Part shown: positions 34,401 to 49,400 of the stretch, piece by piece
Position numbering within the stretch: position 1 is the first letter of the stretch
How the letters are laid out: each line of letters starts with the position of its first letter
NCBI RefSeq assembly: GCF_964204645.1
Contig: NC_134028.1
Span: 9,672,001 to 9,736,000 of the forward strand
Direction: 5' to 3'
Source: Tubulanus polymorphus
Taxonomy: Eukaryota; Animalia; Nemertea
DNA: 64,000 nucleotides
Position numbers and translations under genes: made by a program
The notes under the pieces: model-generated
The model's input: the letters and a program-made list of their open reading frames with translations, nothing else
The model's database searches: none
Told to the model about the DNA's origin: nothing

Positions 34401-37400
34401 AGGTAAAACAGCAAATGATATGCACCACGGTCAAATACGTTACCAATCTCAAATCTTGAAAATATTAAAGCTTGGGACGCACAGGCAAATTTCATCAATA
34501 CATTATTCACATGACGTATTGAGTTTTGCCAAATTTTGCCTAGTGCGCTAAGGCTGATTGATGTGATACAAATTTTAGTTGCTGATTGCTCAATTTTCCC
34601 AGTGTGTGACCTCCAAATAATTGCGACGAAAAAAAAATTATACTGAACCATGTATTTAAATCATGGTGAATTCGTGGTCACACCAAATTCACTGTGTCAA
34701 CCTTTGTCTCCTGAATTCAGTGTCAGACGAGTTATACAGCGAATGATTTACGAGAAAAATTGACGTCGTCTGTCACAAGCTTAAGTTCTGATACAAGTTC
34801 TGAAGTTCAGATACTATATTTATATTGTTGACTGTTTAGGTGATGTAAATTTCGCGTCGGAACTGTCTGATTTGAGACATCGCCATGGCTTTCGTATCGT
34901 CGTCATACATAATAAGAATGTGCCGGACGCGTTGTTAGCGTGTGCTCATATTCACCATGCGTTTGAGAAACTAGTCACCGATTTACCGGAAAAACAACCC
35001 CGGGTAAGTTATCGCTTGAATGATTTATAATGTACATGTAGGCCCTGTATAATATTTATAACACATTTCACTTAATTCGAATCTTTAGGGACCGTAAAAA
35101 TGTTAAAAATGTGTCCAACCAGAGATATATCTGAGTAGGATGTTAAGTATTAAATATATACTAGCCTATAGTGTCGCAAAAAATATTTAAAAAAAACATC
35201 TGAGTTGCCCGGTTATCCGAGTTGGATGGAGTCTAATGTATGTATATTATTTTATTACTATATTATTGTGTCCTCAAATTTATCTAATTAAACACTTCAC
35301 TAAGGTATGTTTTGATAGTTCTCTATACTGATTCTGGAATTCTCTTCTGGTGCGTTGGTTCGTTTCGACCAGTAGGCCTATATATATATTATTTAGTTAA
35401 TGGTCAGGTGAGCTACAAGACCATTGGTCTTTTATTCTTGTACTGTGCTGAAAATTGCATATGTCGATGCGCGGCATAGTTTTGCAGTTATTTTCTGCGG
35501 AGCTGTGATGATAGCGCCTCGTTTTAGTAACACGTGAAGCTCACCAAAATCAACGAAGCCGTTAATCTTAGATAAACGATATTCTTTTAATAAAAAAAGA
35601 TTTGAACTAAGATTAATCATGCATACACCCGAGATTATCTTGACAAAGAAAACGTTTGTATCGATATGCAGATGAATTTTAAACAATTCTAAGTCGCATT
35701 AACAACACAGGTCGACCAATATTGTGTAGTATACAGTTGAATTCGAACGCTGCATTAGCTACGGCTTACTCGCTACGATCCTGCCTCTGCGGGGGTTCGT
35801 CTTGTTTACCTCTGCCTCTCCTGTGCGCTACTGCTTGACGCTAAGGTTTATGATGAGACAGGTACGTAACAGGGTGGCCGCGATCCACGCGCTTTCTAAT
35901 AGGGCGTGAATTACACTGCATTGCCGTTAGAATGATACTACAAAGGAATGTGGACTGTCGCTTCTGTCCGGCGAAAAATATCGCTCACACGTACATATTG
36001 CTTACGTCGAACTGATCTACTGTAGTTTGAGAATAGATAGAGAATTCATTAGAATGTCGAACTTGTTACTAACCCGACCACACAGAAAGAATCTTTTTAG
36101 TTGTAAAATGTTTATCGGTTCATTTCTTAAACTGCCGGGTCTGCTATTGATTATTGATCATGGTTTAAAAAAGTAATGTACAGGGTAGATAGGTGGCCGG
36201 CTGTGTCAACTTTTAAGCTCAGCAATTAGTGGAGAGACAAGGTATCAATTTTTTAGCCTTAGGTCTTGGCTTTGAATCGTGAAAATCCTGACAGAGTCTG
36301 TATAGAACTTAGAATACTTTCTCATCTCCAAATACAGCTAGATTTGATTTCGGCTTCAGCAACAAAAATATAAATATGACATCTGAGATACCTTTGGTTT
36401 AACGAAACCCTATAATTTATTAGGAGGCTTATAATTTATAGTGATTATATGTATCTCATTTCAAAATCTATTAGGCCTACTTTAGATATGTTATGTATTT
36501 ACCTTCTCTTCCTTGTATAAACAACTGTTTGTCATTTAAAATCTAATTACCTTATACTTTTATAACATGCATTTCCTTTTTTGTCAATTATAAGCTGAAA
36601 GAGCACCTTACTAAACCAATGTATGGTCTAGTATGGTGGATATGATTAACTTCTTCAATTAACTAACTTCTGCGCTGAATCTAACAGTGCCCATGGGCAC
36701 CTTGTTTTGCTTCAGAGTCAAATTGATAACCAAGAACTGTTGAATTGGTTTGGCATCGTTACTGCGGCTTAGGCCTATAACCTTTACATAATGATGCATT
36801 TTTTTACAGAAATCTTCAGTGGGTGCAGTTGAGTTACTGGTTACACAGTTACCAGTAAATCAACCAATTGGTGCTTTACGAAATCGCTTGAAACGTCTAT
36901 CTGATAACTGTGGTGGCAAAGTTATCAGCATTAACAGCCATACATGTTCAGCAATCATTAAATTCCAGAATCTTGATTCTGCTGCAAGGTTAGTTCAATT
37001 TTTCGGAAATTCAAGTCAAGTTGTTTGTTCCCCATGCGGACGGATTTTGGCTCGGGTTAGCGAGTCTATGTCAATGGTCTGGCCAATCGATAATCAGCGT
37101 TCGCGTAGAAAACAGTCGTGTACAGTGGCGTGGTATAAGATATCGCCTTATACCCTCGCGTTCACTGCGTGTATGTATCAGTCAACGCGCGCTATGGTGT
37201 ATATTGCGCGTAACAACAATTTGTCTTGAGTGAAGATGTAAGCTTGCCTGCCTCTAAAAGCAATCCTATTATGAAATTATTAAAAAACATGGCAGTGGAT
37301 AAACTTTATTTCGTCAGTAACTGGCACCGGCCTCAAATTTGCATAGACTTGGTCACTCATAGTTTTATTTGTTTTATATGTCATTCCAGGGATGTATTAA

Positions 37401-40400
37401 AATAAACATTAATTTGTTGAGATAAAAATTCCCAGAATCAATTTTTCGAAGATTTCATTCTCGTTAAAGTCAGTTACCACTGACCAAATTGAGTCCTTTT
37501 TGATGTATTTTTTCTTTTTTAATTTTCAATGAAATAAATTTTTGCGTACTAGTAGCCTACGTGACAAGTTTTTTACTTCACACCAGTTTAGCAAGCCACT
37601 GGACCATTGGTCCTTTATTTTATAATGATTGTTTATCTGAATTGTTATGAGTTTCAAAATTAATTGCTAAAATCATTTATGATTGATAGATAGGCTGATT
37701 TTATGTGGAGTTGTTATCTCAACATTAATTTAGAAATTTTTTTCATTAATTCAAAAATTGATTTTCCCTCGAAATCCACCGCCGTCCTGGGGACATCATT
37801 TATGAAAAACAAAAAATTGATCTCAACGTAAATTCATTTCCTATATATAAAAAGTTTTTCACGATTTTATGCCGAGGAATTCATCGAAGTATTTTTCCAT
37901 GTTTATAAATTCTATTGAAAATTTAAGACTTTTTGAAATGAATAGAAATAAGATACTTGAATTGAATTAATATCTGAATTGAATGTATTGAGCAGTATTA
38001 TGGGAACCACTGACCCATTACTTAAGCACATTTATATTCACCACACAGTGAATGCTCTGCTTCAGTTCACTGTGTGTGGCCTGGTGGTGCTGGTCACATG
38101 CATTGAGCAGATAGGTTTGGCTCTAACTCTTCATTCAGCATTCAGTCCAAATTTATTTCAAGCTACCCTCATAAAGTAGAGTTTCATTCAACTGAAATGT
38201 GAAATAGTTTTACAAACTGGCTACAGTTACTGGAATTACGAAGGGTCAGTTATTTTTCTATCACTGCTTCTCAGTGGCCCTCAAGGGTGAGTATGATAGT
38301 TACTTATGAGTATATTTGTTATTGCAGAGCTAAGAAAAGAATGGACGGTGAAGATGTGTTCAATTCGGTAATTAGCGTTGATTTTGCTCCTGCCGAGCAG
38401 AAAAAAGAAGCTAGCAACAATTCGACGATTAAACCGGAAAAAGTTATCAGTAAGTCCTCACTCGCCAAGTATTGTTCTTTGTCTTTAGAAACCACCCCGG
38501 ATCTACCGGCCACAACGGTGATTAAGGATTTTGGCTGTATATAGATTATTGAGGGTAGATATCAACAAGTTCCGAGATGAAATACGGATGTTCTGTTCTC
38601 AGAAAAATCTGATGTAATGCACTGACGGTGGTTCATCAGACACATGGGTTTGTTGATGGGCTTGGATTGCGTGTTTTATATGGTTGCTTGGATTGACGCC
38701 CTATGTATGGCTTTGATCTGTGATCTGTAACTGTGACTTACTGGCTGGCACAAGTAAGTGCGCAGGCGTTTTATCCCCTTGTGATTATATTATAGAAAGA
38801 CAAGGTTGGTAATAGACAAATGTCTACCATAGCACTGGTGGGAAGAACACATCTATTTCTCGTTTCTGGGTTCCAGAGTAAGGAAAGTATGAAAGTTTTC
38901 AGTCTAAATTCAAGTAACCATGGGGATATACACCATCCTAGCCCATAGACATACCCCTGTGCATCAGAGGGGCATCATGTCAGGGGTTGACTGTGTTAGG
39001 AAATCGGTACTTTTTATTGTAGCCCCTAGACGGCGGCGGCGTCACAAGTCTGTTCCATCGACTGGTAATCGCAGTAAACAAGAAACCAGTGGTAACCTCA
39101 ATGATGGTAATCCTGGCAACAGTAATCAGACGGACAGTCATAAAGAAACAACAAAACGCAAAAATCCAAAATCTCAACCGAGTCCTGAACGTCAGGTGAG
39201 TGGGATTGAGAAAGTAGTCGCAACCATTCTATACTCACGAATCTGATGGTAAACTGTGCCTCGGCCCTTGGTAGACCGGGGCCTTTGTCAGATTGACTTA
39301 TACACAGGGTCCTTACGGCTCATTGATTCCTCAAAAATTCCAAAACGAAAAAGGTGCTTGAAACCCCGTTAATTTGAACAAAAATGTCCAAAACTCCTTC
39401 AATTTTGAGAGAATGGCAATTTATTAGAATTTTTTTGTCTTTTTATAGTTGAAAAGTAGACTACCCCTACCCCTATAGTACCCCAGACAATCTTTGAAAT
39501 TTTCTCCTTTAAGCAGGCGCGGATTCAGACGCTAGCACTGTAGGCACATGCTACAGATTTTCAGAATTTTAGAATGTTCTTTTTATTTCAAAATGCCCTT
39601 TTTGGTTTACCTTTGTCAGCAGTATGAGGTTGGCATTGAGCCAATTCATGTAAAATCGCGGTACGTTTTTTTATGTGAGCATTTTTTCATTGGTTCTCGG
39701 GTTAAACAACGTATAATGGATGCGTTTGAAGGCATGACGAACCTCCGTCGATGACATGGTCAACTTTGTTTAAATTCGACGAAAAACTGTTTTTGGTGGG
39801 AAAATTCGTAGCTCTTGTGTATAAAATTGCAATGACCTCGATTGGGGGTGTCATCTGTACGAGCGAATGTGATTCAATGTGATTGACTCATTTTGGGTAT
39901 ATGCGGGGAATTCCGGTGCTACTAAAATAATTATGGGAAAGCCATTAATGGCGAACGTTTCATTGGACTAGGTGCCGTATATGTGCGAATTTTAAACGCT
40001 CATTGCTGGTGAAAATATAATTATTTCACATATCGCCATAGGTATTGTTTCAATACCTGGTGATTGTGTTGATTGAGATTGAAGTGAAGCAAGCATTCAC
40101 TAAACAAGGCCTCCACGTGCGTGGGAGTGCTAGACATTAGACTGTTGCACTCACAAACACACGCTCATACAGGCACTATATGGTGATCTGCTGTAAAGCT
40201 GCTTGGTGCGAATTTGTAATAAATTGTAATTTCTTGTGACCTGAAAATACTAAGCAGCAAACTATAGCTATAGGTCGAGGTCTGAATATTGTAGTGGTAA
40301 ATTCCAGGATTTAAAATGATCTAATGCTACGCCCCTGTGTTTTAGCGTCCGTGGCCATACATTGGAAGAGGTTTCGTTCCTAAGACTCAATATTCAGCCA

Positions 40401-43400
40401 CCCTCTGACATGTGACATGAATTTTATTAGAATATTTTTTCATATTGTGAAAAATATTTTATTGAAAATATAAAATAGTGCCTACCTGTACCCTACGAGA
40501 TTTTGGACGTAGACCATAAACAAATGTTTATTTTTGGTCTTATTTGCCTACAAAATAATACTTTAAGAAAGATATAATACAATACTTCTACAACTTTGAA
40601 GTCACAAATAAAAAAGATTTTTCAAGCAATGTCCTTACTCCAAACAACCTCTAGCTTCAAGGTAAACCACACTTTGCCCATGGGCAATTTATTGTAAGTT
40701 GTGCTATCCTCGAAAGTGGTCCCTGGATCCGCCCCTGTTAATATTCCTTGAAATTTCATATACTTTCTATACTAGCAAAGAACCGTCTGATGTTCTCTGA
40801 GGACGGGTGAAGTCCAAGGACGCATAAAGTACCTATGCAGTTTCAGTATTAATACTACTAAATTTAAAGCAGACACTGAAAGCAGTGACAAAGTCAATAT
40901 TTGGGTGATTTTGGTTATTCGGGTCACCTTGGTTACAAATGATATCACTTTGAAGAACAGTGCGCACAGTGATGTGACGCAGAGCTTCCAAACTTATTGT
41001 CTGAAAAATCTAAGGGTGTAAAACGCATTTGCCGTTTTGTACATCCAACTATGTAATAATTGATTACAATTATAATAATTGTTTCTGAAATTGTCGTCTT
41101 GTGTAGGCTATTCCTTGTATCATCTTCTGTGCCAGTATATATGGCAAATGAATATCTATATCTATTCATTAAGGTTGTTGAAAATGCCACCGCAGCTGGA
41201 GATGATGATGATGATGATGATTTGCTGGATCAAGTTGACCAGTTCCCGATGGATTCTGGTCCGTTCATAAGACCGCCTAGTCGTTTAGATGGTAGCGGTG
41301 ACTGGCGCCCGCCTAGTCGTCATGACAACGATGCGCTGATGTATGGTCGTCCGCCTAGTCGTCACGACAATGACGGCATATTATACGGCGGCCGGCCGCC
41401 GAGTAGCGAGTTCGTATATCATCGACCGGGTTCGTGCGGCCCTATGAGTGGACGCATACCAACACCATCGGGCGAGTTGCACCATACGCCGTCACCTAGT
41501 TTCTACCAGAAGAGAAATAGCCTGCAGATGGCGCAGATGTACGGCGGCGAGGACCGACGATACAGTCCTCACAGTAATACGAGCACGCCAGATTTCTATT
41601 ACCGCGATTTACCGCATTACAGTCGACCTCATAGTTACCCGTACTCGAGTCCGAGAACGAGTCCCGCGTGTTTCACCGGTGGAAGGATCACCCCTCGATC
41701 CGGCGTTTACGATTATCACGGCTACGCGAATCACGGTAATAATTTTTTCCGACCGATCCGATCTCGCGGGAATTCGCCGGTGACTCGGATGACTCCGTCG
41801 CCTAGTCCGATTATGCACGAATACTCACAGTCGCCATCTTGTGTTCAGGGGGTCGAACTTACCGTTACTAATTTGGATTACAATATTAGTCCGCGTGAAT
41901 GGAGAAAGATTCTGTATTCTACATTTGTTCAATCAGTTCAGGTAAATTTTACTTATTTATCTATCTTTTTATGCATTATGCAGGCCTATATCCCGAAGGC
42001 AGGCTATGTGTGTGCTTAAAAATCAAAGATCAGTTGAGCTCACATTACTGGTCGCTTAGTAAAATGTTGCAACAGTGATTTCACTGTATTTCGTAGTAAT
42101 TTTAAGATTTGAAGTGAAAGAGAACTAGGCTTGCTTACTCGGCCTTAATGGTCCTTAGTGTTTCCCTCCTAACCTCTCTCCTTTCAATTCTTATTTCCCT
42201 CACTGTTTCCACCTCTCTCCCTTTTTGTCTCGTGCCTTCTTTTCTTTTTAAATTGACATGCTGTTTTCGTTCATTTCTCTCCACTTCTGTCTGCCCTTAC
42301 TTTCCTCCCTTTACTTGTCCCCTCCGCTCCCTGTCTCTCTCCCGTTCTCTTCTTTCTCAAGTAAAATCATTGAGAATGTTTCCATATGTTTTTTCTCTAG
42401 GTATTGAATGTATATATACAAACGCAGAATGACGGTTCTAATATCGGGATCGTCTGTGTACCCAATATCGATGAAGCGAGATTGGCGATCGCTCAATTTC
42501 ACCGCAAAAAGATCGGTTATAAACGAATTCACGTTACATTGGTTCGAACTAACAATACAGCTACGCAGGCCAGTCTGAGGTACGTTTCATTATGACATTC
42601 ACATACACGTGATTACCCGGTGCCACACTTCTCAAAATTATTGCAAAATGAAAATTAACTTGTTTAAGGTCAAGAGTTAATTCTCGGACCTTTTTAGCCC
42701 ACTCGGGACTTTCGTCTGTTTGTCCCTCCGTAGACAGAAATCAGTTAGGCCCATTTTCGAAAGTTTTGAAGACACTTTACTTCATGTATATACCCTAGGC
42801 ACATCTGCTGCCCAAAACACTGACCCAATCAGATTCAAGATGGCTCACTGGTGGCTGTTGTTGTTCACCAAAATCAGCTATTTTTAAACAGTCTTGAATA
42901 TTTAAGGGATATTTTGAACACATTGAGTTTCATATGCAGCAAAAATTGAGTGGATGACCATTCTATACCTGTTTGTGCCCAAAAGACTGTTTTTGGCATG
43001 TATTCCGAGACCTGTAGCTTATTAATGGTTAGTCATTTTCCATTGAAATTTGTAATGGGTAGGCCTATACTTTGGGAAAAGAAGATATTAGATGGGTTTT
43101 TCGATCATTACACTTAAGCACAATTTTTAGCTGTCGCAGTTTTATCGGTCCTCTCGCATAGATGTATGTGAAAATGGGAACCTATCAACTTGTTTTATTT
43201 CTGTTTTGATTGAATGACCTTGACACACCCACCACATATTGTGGTAGGTGTTTAAGTCGCTTCTGTGTTCATTTGGGGGCAATTAAAATGAGATGAGAAT
43301 CAGATTGTCATGCATTTCACCAAGAAGGTATGGTATTCCTGGGCCCCTAGTTTTCTTGAAAAATTCCCTACTGGTACTCCAAGTATCTTAATTTAATGAG

Positions 43401-46400
43401 AACCCTTAGACTCGATGAAAAAGAGTCCAAATGACTTTGAAATCTGTGTTAAGATTCTGATCAAATCAATGCATTGTTTTAGTTCACAATTTAGAATGCA
43501 CGCTCTGAGCCTCAATAGTTTTACGATGTGAAACTTGGCCCTGATAAGTTATTCGATGAATGTATTTTAGGTCTGAATCTATTGCTATTCTGAAGGATGT
43601 AACTGGACAAACTCTTCCTCTATTCAAATTTATAGAACTTTTTGAAAAAAGGTAAAATCAAAACAAAAATTGGATAACTACAGTCAAATTCAGTTAAGTC
43701 ATTATCAAGTCTTTATTGTTCAAGTCTTCTATCTTTTAGTCCTAGTTTGCATTTCTAATTCAATTTACTATTTGGAAATGATGATTTACGTAATTGAGTT
43801 GTCAACTTAAATGACTTAAGCAAGTTTGACTGTATTTCAGTTGAAGCGAAAAGAATATGTCTTTTAACGTGTTCTCAAATTTTTAGATTCCATAAAACTG
43901 TGAGCGTGTCAGAACTGTATAAAATGCGAGATGTTTTAGAAATCACGGATTCAGAAGGGTCTGGGCGAAATATTAGTCTTGTACATAGGAATACTACTGA
44001 CAGCCCGAATCTACAAGATCCAATCGATAAAGAGGTAAATCCATTTCCAGAATTTTATTGCATTAGTTAGGCAGACTATAATTGAATGCATTCAGAAACC
44101 AGCTCCACAGCATTGATTTGGTTCAAAGAGTTGAAATAAATTCATTTTCTTTGTTTTTAAACTTAATCAAATATTAACCTGTGGGGAACTGTATCCTGGT
44201 TTGAGAAAGCCGATTCCATGATATGGTTGATGGAAATCTGGATTTCCTTTAGTGCTTTGTAACGGCTTTGTATCCCGTTTCCGGATTATGTTGTTCTCGA
44301 ATGAAATAGAATGTATTCTGGTCTTAAATGAATACACCAGAAGCCTACTCCAAAATTGCTAAAGCTCAATTAAAAACCTGCCTTATAGTCCGTAATCGTT
44401 GTGGTGATTTTCAGGTTGAAGAGATATTCGAATCGCCAGTTTGTAAAACTCATTGTTGTGAAGGTACTGATTTCTATATGGAGGCGTTAAACTCTGAGAG
44501 TTTACCCAACGTACAATTACAACTGCGCAGTTTCGCTCCGCAGTTGCATACGCTGTTACAGGCTCACAATGGGTATATGCCAATGATGAGGTGAGTAAGG
44601 TTTCAAATGACTTCCAGAGCTAAATGACGGTGAAGATTATCACAATTTGAATGCATTCATTCTTGCTGTTGCTGTTTATCGCTTCCAGCCTATTACTATG
44701 TTGCCTTACCATCAACCGGTCATCCCACATTTCGATGATTAAACAAAGTTGCTTTAAAGTGCTAAGGAGTCATACCCGATTGCTACTGGTTGGAGAGAGA
44801 GGCAATGAGAAATAGTGACTGGTAAACAGCTGGAATTGAACCCATGACCTCCAAATGCCCTAACCATTCGCCCCCCCCCCCCACTTTACTTTGACCCTTG
44901 CGACTAGTCTCGGAATCTGTTCTATTTATTTGAACTTTTTTTTAGTTTTCCTGCTTGCTATGCAGCTGAGTTTGGACCAGTTCATCCCGTTAGTGAGGGA
45001 GGAGTACCGTTAGAACACCTGATCAGCGCCGTTCCGGGCGTTCAGTTATCTATCTCGAAAAGTGGCGTCAAGAAAGTACATTGGGCCGAAAATAAACCGC
45101 CTTCGCCCTCAGGTATCACCAGTGATTTCTGCTTTACAAAATCTAATTGCCATGCAACTAGTTTCGGCCAATATCGGTACGAATATTGATTTCAGATTTC
45201 ATGCATGCACCCAGTCAGAGTCCTGCTTTGAGTCAGCAGTTGTATCAATTGAGTAAAGAGATTGTGGATTTATTGAAGAGTTGTCCTCAATGTCGGATGC
45301 CATTTTGTAAGTTTATCCCGGCCTATCATCATCATTTTGGTCGTCAGTGTCGAGTGGCTGACTATGGCTATACGAAACTAGCTGAACTATTTGAAGCTTT
45401 ACCGCATGTCTTACAGGTAAGCGACATGTCTTCTAAGATATAAGAAAAATGTGTTATTTAAAAATTGATGTATGTTTAATTAGCTGTGTTGTCCTTCATG
45501 ATGTTTGCTAAACAATAAATGAACAATAAGCCAATAAATGTACTGTAATTTGAATCAATTGCGACTGAACAAATCCATCCCGTTCATGAGAAATCAGGGT
45601 GGAACACCACCTATTTGAGGAAACAATATGGATGAACCGTCAATTATATCCGGATCAGAACCAAATCGATAATTTGTTGTAATTTGTTATCGTTGCAAGG
45701 TGATGGGAACTGGCAACAGACGTATTTTGACGTTAACTCATCGAGCTCAAGTGAAACGATTCACGTCTGATTTGTTGCGTCTGCTGAAGGCGCAAACAAC
45801 GAAACAGTTGAAAGCTATAGAAATACCCGGAGGTTACTTCCGTACTTTTAACAAGATGTTTGACATGACGGAATATGGTGTCTGTTATCTAGAAGATATT
45901 CTAGCTGAAATTCCTGAAAGTACCATCACCGTAAGTACCGTATATTCTGCGAGGACAAACTGACATCTTTGCTTCCATGGTCACTGTTCCCGTGCGGTAG
46001 TTAGTAAACTATTTTACAGGATTAACTAATGGGCTTTCGTCATTAATTCATTATTTCATTTACACTGTTCCATCGTACGGAAGAATGATCAGGAACCATA
46101 AATTTGGCTTCCATTGACTAGTGACTGAATACTACAACCCATTTTTAAATAGATTTAATTTCAAAGAACAGTTTTAACAATATAACAAGGGAAGTGGCAA
46201 GGTATATTTGAAAAACCCACAATAGTGATGAAATGATAGCTAGGAATTCTGTTTTACTGATGTTTTGGGAGGATTTCTTCTTCCCGTCTTAAGAGTTTAT
46301 TCAAACACAATTAGTAGCAAAAAGTTAACTATAGTGGCCGATAGTGACAGAACCTGGACTATGATATATACCATAACTGTCAGCAAATTGTTTCCTGTAT

Positions 46401-49400
46401 CAGCACTATGATATGGTGATTAACACATTGGGTACTCGCCGTTTTCCAAAATTCATCCTGTCCAGCTTCATCATTTTTCCTGAGTATATTTCTTTTTTTT
46501 TTAATCAATAGAAATTCTGTTGTCAAGATTCAAAGTCAAAAAAGTGAAAATAGGTATTTTTTATCCAAATACAATGTTATAGAAAAATATTCTATTATGC
46601 AAATTCTGTTCAGAGGTTGTTCTACCAAATTCATAAAGGAATTGTATATTCAGTAAATTTGCGCAAATTTTATGACCAAAGCTATGGAGAAAAGGGAGAA
46701 TTAAGCAGAATTCGAAAACTGTAGTTTGAACATTTAATGTTGTTCTTACGTGTTATATGATTGATGATAATGCTTGCACTTAGCGAGGTTGTGTTTGCTT
46801 CTAGAGGGCCTTCACTAAAATGTATCGTCCTCCTTCCTCGATGTAGGTTTTTGGTACCGGAGAAGAAATGCTAATACGACTACCGACTCGAGATCAAACT
46901 CCTGAAGAAGCAGAAAAAACGAAAATATTCTGTCAGGAATGCGTAGATTTATTGCGTCATAGTCCGCAATGTCGAATGCCGTTTAATAAGTTCATACCGT
47001 CGTATCATCATCATTTTGGGCGTCAGTGTAAGGTGTCAGAGTATGGATATACTAAACTACTGGATCTTTTCGAAAACATTCCCGATGTAATACAGGTAGG
47101 GCTCTTGTTTGATCTCTGTTTGAACATGAGAAACCAAAATGGAAATTGTTTTTCGCGTATTGTTTTAGTTGCTGCAAAAATGTTTTTAGTTGCCTCTGAA
47201 CCATTGAAATCTGTAAAGGGCATTTGTAATCTGAAGATCAATTTAGCACAAGTGCTACTTATTTCACTCGAAATCAAACACTCTGCAGTTCAGTTTCGAA
47301 CATTAATGGAAGAGTTCCAATGAGCCATCGATTGTGTTTCTTTTTCAATTGAGTGAGGAATATCACAATCCTCATTCTCAGGGAATCCAAAGCAACTAAC
47401 TTGTCTGAGGGCGATTATGTGAATTAGATATGGGATAAATGACTATGCATTGTATGTTCAGTGACTTATAAGTTGTATGTTTATCTATATTGTAGATTGT
47501 AGATGATGGAGATGAAAAGGTGTTATGTTTAACGGAACCTGAACTGATTAAAGTTCTCGCTGATCAGGTGATGTCGTTATTAAACTCATTCCCGATGAAA
47601 TCTCTTCCGGCCCGTGAGTTCCTTACAGCGTTTATGCGTTTCCACGGGCACAGTTTACAGTTGCAGGATTTCAGTGTTCACAACGTACTAGCTCTAATGA
47701 AAAAGATCAGCCACATTGTAAAGGTGAGGTTTGAACTTAGCGGCTTTCCAGTGTTCATCTCTCTGATGCATCACGCTGGTTTCCAGATTTTTATTGCAAC
47801 CATCTTCGCCCAATATACCGTATTTTCCGGCCAATAAGCCGATTTTCTAGCCTCAGATTTTTACCCAAAATATGGTGATCGGCTTATTGGGCGGATACGA
47901 TCTGACATAAAAAATCACTTCCCGATCTATGCCACTCTAATGCTCTCAATGATCGTCAAAATCAAGAAAAGTGGTCGATATTTATTTGAGGTCATTATTT
48001 ACTACCAATTATAATCTATTTTGAACTATTTTATTTTTACTTTGATTGTTCCATCACCGCACAGCGGCAATGGTATACATTTATATAACGGGCGAGTTCA
48101 TCGTACTACCACGTGTCAGTTCATACATTAGTATATATGCAAATCAGCAGTGAGCCGCGTACTGCGTGTATGGCTGTGTGTATAGTAATCAGCTGAGTGA
48201 GTCTATATATAGCACAGTCACTCGGCGATGATAGTATACACAGCACTCTCGCACATCGGCGGGCGCTACTGTCAGCCTCTTAAATCGTCAATTAAGACGA
48301 ACTAATTGACAAATCAGTGAATTAAAATCTCTGATGAAGGGCCTCGGCTTATTGGGTGAAGCTTTATGAAATCCATGTATTTTAGGCTAAAAAACTGCCC
48401 TCGGCTTATTGGCCGGAAAATACGGTAATAAATAGATTATGCATTTATTTTAGGTTGAAGATAACAATGGTCAGACAGTAATAAGTTTACTGGATAGAAG
48501 TAATGTACAAAATTTGGTACATAAATTACTGATTATATTGTTAGATGATCCGACTGGTAGTATTACAATATCTGCGCTGAAATACCAGTTCTTTAAACTG
48601 TACTCTGAACCGTGTGATATAGATCTTGTACGCCGGGAAATGACTACTGTTGTCAATGTAAGTATAGTATTACTGAATGAATACTATGAAGTTAGTAAGA
48701 TGGGGGATCATTACTGTATTCACTGAGTATTGCTGGCAGGGGCGGTTCCAAAAGGGGCCAACGGCACTATTTTTGCTAAGATTTTCACAACCTGGCATAA
48801 GAAAGTAACACGTCACGTATAGTGACATATAGTTGGCATATAGTTGGCGTTCATTTTGTTGTAGAATCGCTCTATATGCTCACTAGAAAAGGATCCATTT
48901 TTTTTCAAAAAACATTTCAAAATTCTCACTGAAAATTATCTGATCTGCCCCTGGTGGGTGAGTGAATAGAAGAGAGATGCCCTGTATTGAGACGATTCCT
49001 GATTAGAGAGATACTTATATATTTGAAAGAGTGCTCGATCACTCTGAAAATATCAAAAATGTGCATGAACTCGGATTCATTTCTAGTTGGTTTTCAATCA
49101 AGTTAGTACTTTTAAGATCTACTGCCCAAAACGAAATGGCGGGGAGTCTGTTCTGTTTTGTAAAATTGAGGATATTTTCCAGGTTAATGGAGATGATGAA
49201 TCCGGAACTATCAAACTGAACTGCCTGTTAGAATTCTCGCGTGATTTACGGTCATTGTTGAGACAGCATAACGGTAAAATGCCGCTGCAACATTTTGAAA
49301 ATGCATATGCCAATCATTTCGGAGTGGACCTGAAACCGGATGCGTACGGGTTGCCGTCGGTTACCGCCTTATTAATGGCTGTTCCATTAGCTGCTAGCAT

